Shown here in pieces: positions 60,086 through 64,000 of a DNA stretch of 64,000 bases. Position numbers and translations under genes: made by a program. The notes under the pieces were generated by a model, which was not told where the DNA came from, searched no databases, and was given only the letters and a program-made list of their open reading frames with translations. The stretch comes from Candidatus Bathyarchaeia archaeon (GTDB lineage Archaea > Thermoproteota > Bathyarchaeia > Bathyarchaeales > Bathycorpusculaceae): positions 32,001 to 96,000 of the forward strand of contig JBEKSS010000003.1 of NCBI GenBank assembly GCA_049516875.1. Reading direction: 5' to 3'. Within the stretch, counting starts at the first letter, position 1. The number at the start of each line of letters is the position of its first letter.

Positions 60086-60928
60086 TTGAAGTTGACCGCT
60101 GAGGTTCTAAATCTAGACTGGGCAGAAGTGGACAGGAGGGTTTGCCGGTTCATCAAAGATTACGTTGAAAGATGCAAAGCTAAAGGCGTGGTCTTAGGAC
60201 TCTCTGGCGGCATTGACAGCTGTACCATAGCAGCCCTCTCGGCACGGACTCTGGGCGGTCACAATGTTCTGGGGCTCATGCTATTTGAGAAGGAGACACG
60301 CAGAAGCGATGATGTCAGGCATGCGGAACTTGTCGCCAAAGAGTTCGGGTTCAAAACGGAAAAGGTTGACATCACGCCCCCATTAGAAGCCCTTTACCAT
60401 TCGGCACCTGTCTTCGATCCAACAGACAAGCTGAGTAAGGGCAACGTAAAAGCGAGAACGCGTATGATTTACGTATACTATTACGCCAACAGATTACGTT
60501 TGATAGTTTGTGGAAGCTCAGATAAGTCGGAAACGATGATGGGTTATTTCACTAAGTGGGGGGATGTCGCAGCTGATATATCGCCGATAATGGACTTGTA
60601 CAAGACGCAAGTCCGAAAGCTGGCTCAGCACATTGGAGTTCCAGAAGAGATAGTTAGGAAACCTTCTTCGCCAGCTTTGTGGCCAGGCCAACTTGCAGAG
60701 AGTGAGCTCGGCATAAAGTACGAGCAGCTTGACCTCATTCTTTATGGGCTTGAACGTTTTATGAGACCTGAGGAAATAGCAGCACAGTTGCACGTGGAAA
60801 AGCAATTGGTCGACGGGGTCAAGCGCAGATGGTTGTCTGCGGAACACAAGAGGCGAATGTTATTAACGGCGAAGCTTGAATATCGGACGGTGGGAGCCGA
60901 TTTTAGACTCCAGCGGAATCCGCTTTAA
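60086..60928 (+). CDS. nadE: NAD+ synthetase (single synthetase domain)
   Basis: GLSGGIDS, GNVKARTRM, GYFTKWGD and PSSPALW motifs. Confidence 0.95.
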   Translation: MKLTAEVLNLDWAEVDRRVCRFIKDYVERCKAKGVVLGLSGGIDSCTIAALSARTLGGHNVLGLMLFEKETRRSDDVRHAELVAKEFGFKTEKVDITPPLEALYHSAPVFDPTDKLSKGNVKARTRMIYVYYYANRLRLIVCGSSDKSETMMGYFTKWGDVAADISPIMDLYKTQVRKLAQHIGVPEEIVRKPSSPALWPGQLAESELGIKYEQLDLILYGLERFMRPEEIAAQLHVEKQLVDGVKRRWLSAEHKRRMLLTAKLEYRTVGADFRLQRNPL

Positions 60929-60945
60929 GTGAGAGGGGCTAAAAC

Positions 60946-61779
60946 ATGAAGGATGTATTCAAGATAGCACTTGCCCAGATAAGCTGCAGGCAAGCAGACA
61001 AAACGAAGAACCTGAAGGAAATCAAGAAAGCCGTGGTAAAGGCCAAGAAGCAAGGAGCAGAACTGGTCATCTTCCCGGAGCTTTCACTGACGGGCTATGT
61101 TGTCAGAGACGAGATTTATGAGTTGGCAGAGAGAATACCCGGACCATCAACGAAAGTCATGGAAGACGTGGCGAGGAAGAACGACATTCACGTTGTTTTC
61201 GGCATGCCGGAAATAAGCGACAAAACAGAAGCTACGCTCCACAATAGCGCAGTTCTCATCGGTCCAGAAGGCCTCATTGGGAAATATCACAAGATGTACC
61301 TTCCAACTCACAGCATCTTTGAAGAGAAGAGGTACTTCCGTCCAGGCTATCAGACGGCAGTGTTTGACACGGAACTTGGAAAACTGGGGTTCATCATATG
61401 CTACGACATCTATTTTCCGGAAGTGACTCGACTGACGCGTCTCAAAGGGGCCCAGTTGATTGTCTGCATTTCTGCTTCACCGGGAGTGAGGCGATCGTTC
61501 TTTGAGGCGCTCACGGTGGCCAGGGCGATTGAAAACACGGCTTTCCTAGCTTTCGTGAACCTGGCTGGAATTGAAGACGGACTGCAGTTCTGGGGAGGCA
61601 GCAGGCTGGTAGGGCCTGACGGCAGAGTTCTTGTTCAAGCCAAGTACGACGAGGATGACTTCGTGATGGGCGAGGTCAACTATGCCGACATAAGGCCCAT
61701 CGAAGCTTTTGTCCCCACACTGAGAGACCTGAGGCCAGAGTTGTTTGATCAATTAAAGCGAGGCGCAGAAGAACTCTAA
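60946..61779 (+). CDS. Carbon-nitrogen hydrolase (nitrilase superfamily)
   Basis: FPELSLTGY (E), YHK (K) and ICYD (C) catalytic triad. Confidence 0.93.
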   Translation: MKDVFKIALAQISCRQADKTKNLKEIKKAVVKAKKQGAELVIFPELSLTGYVVRDEIYELAERIPGPSTKVMEDVARKNDIHVVFGMPEISDKTEATLHNSAVLIGPEGLIGKYHKMYLPTHSIFEEKRYFRPGYQTAVFDTELGKLGFIICYDIYFPEVTRLTRLKGAQLIVCISASPGVRRSFFEALTVARAIENTAFLAFVNLAGIEDGLQFWGGSRLVGPDGRVLVQAKYDEDDFVMGEVNYADIRPIEAFVPTLRDLRPELFDQLKRGAEEL

Positions 61780-61786
61780 CGAAGCC

Positions 61787-62959
61787 TTATCCGAATTTTT
61801 TAAGGGTCCTTTCCATCCTATTCAATGCTTCTTCCAGCTTTTCATACGCAGCAGCGTAAGACAATCTGAGATAACCTTCACCGCAAGCGCCGAAGGAAGA
61901 GCCTGGAACCGTTAAAACTTTCGTTTCCTTCACAAGTAATTCTGCAAGCTGCTCCGAAGAGAGCCCTGAACCCCTAATGTTAGGAAAAGCGTAGAATGCA
62001 CCTTTCGGAAGCTGGCATCTGAAGGCCCCAATTTCATTGAGGCTCTTATAGACAAGGTGACGTCGCCTATCGAATTCCTCCACCATTTCTTCCACGAAGG
62101 CCTGTGACCCTTTCAACGCGGCCAAAGCAACGTACTGCGAAAAAGTGTCTACGCACGCAACGGTGTATTGATGCACCAGCCAAAGGGGCGAAACAAGGTC
62201 TTTTGGCCCGTACACGTATCCAACTCGAAGCCCTGTCATTGCATAAGTCTTGGAAAAGGAGCCGACAACCAAGGTGCGTTCCCGCATACCTGGAAACGCT
62301 GCGAGGCAGTAGTGCTTGACACCGTCGTACACCATTTTTTCGTAGACTTCATCGGATATCACAATCAAGTCACGCTCAACAGCAATTTTCGACAGGGCAG
62401 CAACTTCATCATAGGAGAGGACCGACCCCGTGGGATTATTCGGGGAATTCAATATCATCACACGTGACTTTTCGGTGATGAGTGACATCACATCATCGAT
62501 AGAAGGTCTGAAATCGTTCTCTTCAAGCAAGGGAACATGAACAGGAACACCCTCCGCCAACAAAACACCGGGCTCATAGACAACAAATCCAGGGTCAGGA
62601 ATCAGTGCCTCATCACCCTGATTCAACAACCCCATCAGAGCAACGAAAATCGCCTGCGTCCCACCGACGGTGATCAGAATCTCACAGTCAGGGTCATAGT
62701 TAAGCCCATAATCGTGATATGCTTTTTGTGTTAACGCCTCCCGCAACTCAGGAATCCCATTTGTTGGCGCGTAGTGTGTTTTGCCTTGTCTAACCGCTCG
62801 CCAGCCTCCGTCCAACGCGTGCACAGGAACGCAGAAGTCGGGTTCGCCTACGCTCAAATTGACACAAGTTGGCATTTCCTGAGCCAAAGCGAAAAAGCGC
62901 CGTATTCCAGAGGGTTTTACCAATTTCAGGCGTTCCACGGGCTCTACGTGCGAAACCAA
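61787..62959 (-). CDS. Class I/II PLP aminotransferase (aspartate aminotransferase-like)
   Basis: GEPDF, NSPNNPTG, SDEVY and SFSKTYAMTGLRVG motifs; TTG start at 62959 is tentative. Confidence 0.92.
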   Translation of the reverse strand: MVSHVEPVERLKLVKPSGIRRFFALAQEMPTCVNLSVGEPDFCVPVHALDGGWRAVRQGKTHYAPTNGIPELREALTQKAYHDYGLNYDPDCEILITVGGTQAIFVALMGLLNQGDEALIPDPGFVVYEPGVLLAEGVPVHVPLLEENDFRPSIDDVMSLITEKSRVMILNSPNNPTGSVLSYDEVAALSKIAVERDLIVISDEVYEKMVYDGVKHYCLAAFPGMRERTLVVGSFSKTYAMTGLRVGYVYGPKDLVSPLWLVHQYTVACVDTFSQYVALAALKGSQAFVEEMVEEFDRRRHLVYKSLNEIGAFRCQLPKGAFYAFPNIRGSGLSSEQLAELLVKETKVLTVPGSSFGACGEGYLRLSYAAAYEKLEEALNRMERTLKKFG

Positions 62960-63071
62960 TTCCCATTCCTCACTGTTGATTGTGTTGACCAGCATAAAAA
63001 TCTTGCATGCCGAAACGGCCACCCGAAACGGTCGCAATCGGCATACTTAAAAGCGCAGCCAGTATACAAAA

Positions 63072-63587
63072 GTGTATCCATTCGCCACAGTCTCTAGAGG
63101 GAAAACCTTGAAGTTAAAAGACAGCGTACAATCCTGGCTAACAGGCTCCATCAACGACCCGATTGTGAGAATCATCGCCAAAAATAGTCACTTAACCAAA
63201 ACCCAGCTCGAAACACTGCTCATAGACATTTTGTCTGAGAATATTGCTGGGAAACCGTTGAAATACGATGAAAAGGCCAGCTTAAGGCTAACCAAGGCCA
63301 AAATAAGCCGCGGAGCGTTTAACAGGACTCTGCGACAGGCCAAAGGAAACGTCATAAAATCCATCTACACAGTGTTACTCTTAGGGTACTTGGGAGTCTT
63401 TGAGAGCACAACTCTCGACCCCTACCTCGAAATCGCGAACAAACTGCACGAGTACCTCGAAGCGTACAAAGACATCCCGAACAAAGGCGAGGAGCTAAGT
63501 GACCACCTGAAAGTCATAGAAATGATACGAGAACAGCTGGAAACAAGTCTAAAACAGCTCTCAAGTCCATCAGAAACCGTCACGTGA
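63072..63587 (+). CDS. Conserved hypothetical protein, probable HTH-like DNA-binding protein
   Basis: LTKTQLE...ISRGAFNRTLRQAK resembles a sigma-4/LuxR-like HTH; start may be TTG at 63108. Confidence 0.65.
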   Translation: MYPFATVSRGKTLKLKDSVQSWLTGSINDPIVRIIAKNSHLTKTQLETLLIDILSENIAGKPLKYDEKASLRLTKAKISRGAFNRTLRQAKGNVIKSIYTVLLLGYLGVFESTTLDPYLEIANKLHEYLEAYKDIPNKGEELSDHLKVIEMIREQLETSLKQLSSPSETVT

Positions 63588-63870
63588 CGTCACAAATCAC
63601 ACCTCCAAACATGGTTCTACAGGCCACATGACACCGGAAAATGGCATGACACAATCCAAGGCCGCAAACTTGAAAAGGACCACGAATTCGGCTTCTACAA
63701 GAACCCACGACGGGGCACAGAATTGGTCAACATCTGTCACTCAAACGGTGATGTGTGACGTCATGAAGGGTCGCATTGATGATGATCACCATAAGCCTTA
63801 AATTCTCAATGGTAAACTTGTGATGTGTGACGCAACATGTGTGAATCACACACAGTCACGCGAGAATCAC
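63579..63870. promoter_or_regulatory. Cluster of repeated GTGAT(G/T)TGTGACG motifs and palindromes around a TATA-like element
   Basis: Motif copies at 63585-63600 (minus), 63748-63763 and 63820-63835; palindromes GTCACGTGAC, GTGACGTCAC and TGTGTGA-A-TCACACA; CCTTAAAT near 63796. Confidence 0.65.
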
Positions 63871-63883
63871 AGAGGCGCGCGAG

Positions 63884-64000
63884 TTGCCAGATGTATTGCT
63901 TGTCCTCTTGAGCATATTGCTTGCTACGACTATCATCGCGGCAGTTGAGTACTATAGACAACTTCGCAGGGCGCAAAAAGAGTATGAGAAGGCTAGAGAC
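63884..64000 (+). CDS. N-terminally membrane-anchored protein (5' part, truncated by window end)
   Basis: TTG start after GAGG; reads MPDVLLVLLSILLATTIIAAVEYYRQLRRAQKEYEKARD (TM helix then charged helix) with no stop before the window end. Confidence 0.7.
   Translation, partial: MPDVLLVLLSILLATTIIAAVEYYRQLRRAQKEYEKARD

Noticed and set aside
63945-63953. TTGAGTACT matching part of the 54321 palindrome
   Set aside because: A 9-bp partial match inside a coding frame (VEY); compatible with chance
1-64000. tRNA, rRNA, SRP RNA, RNase P RNA, transposases, integrases
   Set aside because: No cloverleaf or T-loop signature, long GC-rich structured gap, or recombinase/transposase motif seen by eye; small ncRNAs cannot be excluded without a covariance-model scan

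Overview
Archaeal chromosomal DNA, most consistent with Bathyarchaeia. This is inferred from gene content: PolD DP2, Elf1, Alba, LX/L31e, and a secreted CARDB+dockerin protein. The window is mostly core genome: L31e-aIF6-LX-prefoldin-FtsY; SecE-Spt5-L11-L1-L10-L12; SRP54-Pus10-L21e-Rpo4-DUF655-KsgA-HemK; GlyRS, AsnRS, EndA, aIF5A, Nob1; a four-subunit pyruvate/2-oxoacid:ferredoxin oxidoreductase; Acs+SatP; ether-lipid and isoprenoid genes (GGGP synthase, DGGGP synthase, MvaD, Ino1-like); NadE with a nitrilase; and SHMT. I found no rRNA, tRNA, CRISPR array or mobile element. The most notable observation is a signal-peptide + cohesin-like ectodomain fused to an intact GxGD (presenilin/SPP-type) intramembrane aspartyl protease (11847-13238). 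It lies about 4 kb from a secreted dockerin-bearing putative glycan-active protein (5329-7497), and a membrane-tethered HTH protein occurs elsewhere in the window, which together suggest a cohesin-dockerin-gated intramembrane proteolysis system. Also notable are an array of GTGATGTGTGACG-type motifs between a putative DNA-binding gene and an N-terminally membrane-anchored gene (63579-63870), a duplicated palindromic element upstream of mazG (54303-54460), a decayed flavodoxin, and a frameshifted polyprenol-kinase-like gene. All family calls come from recognising motifs by eye; no searches were run.
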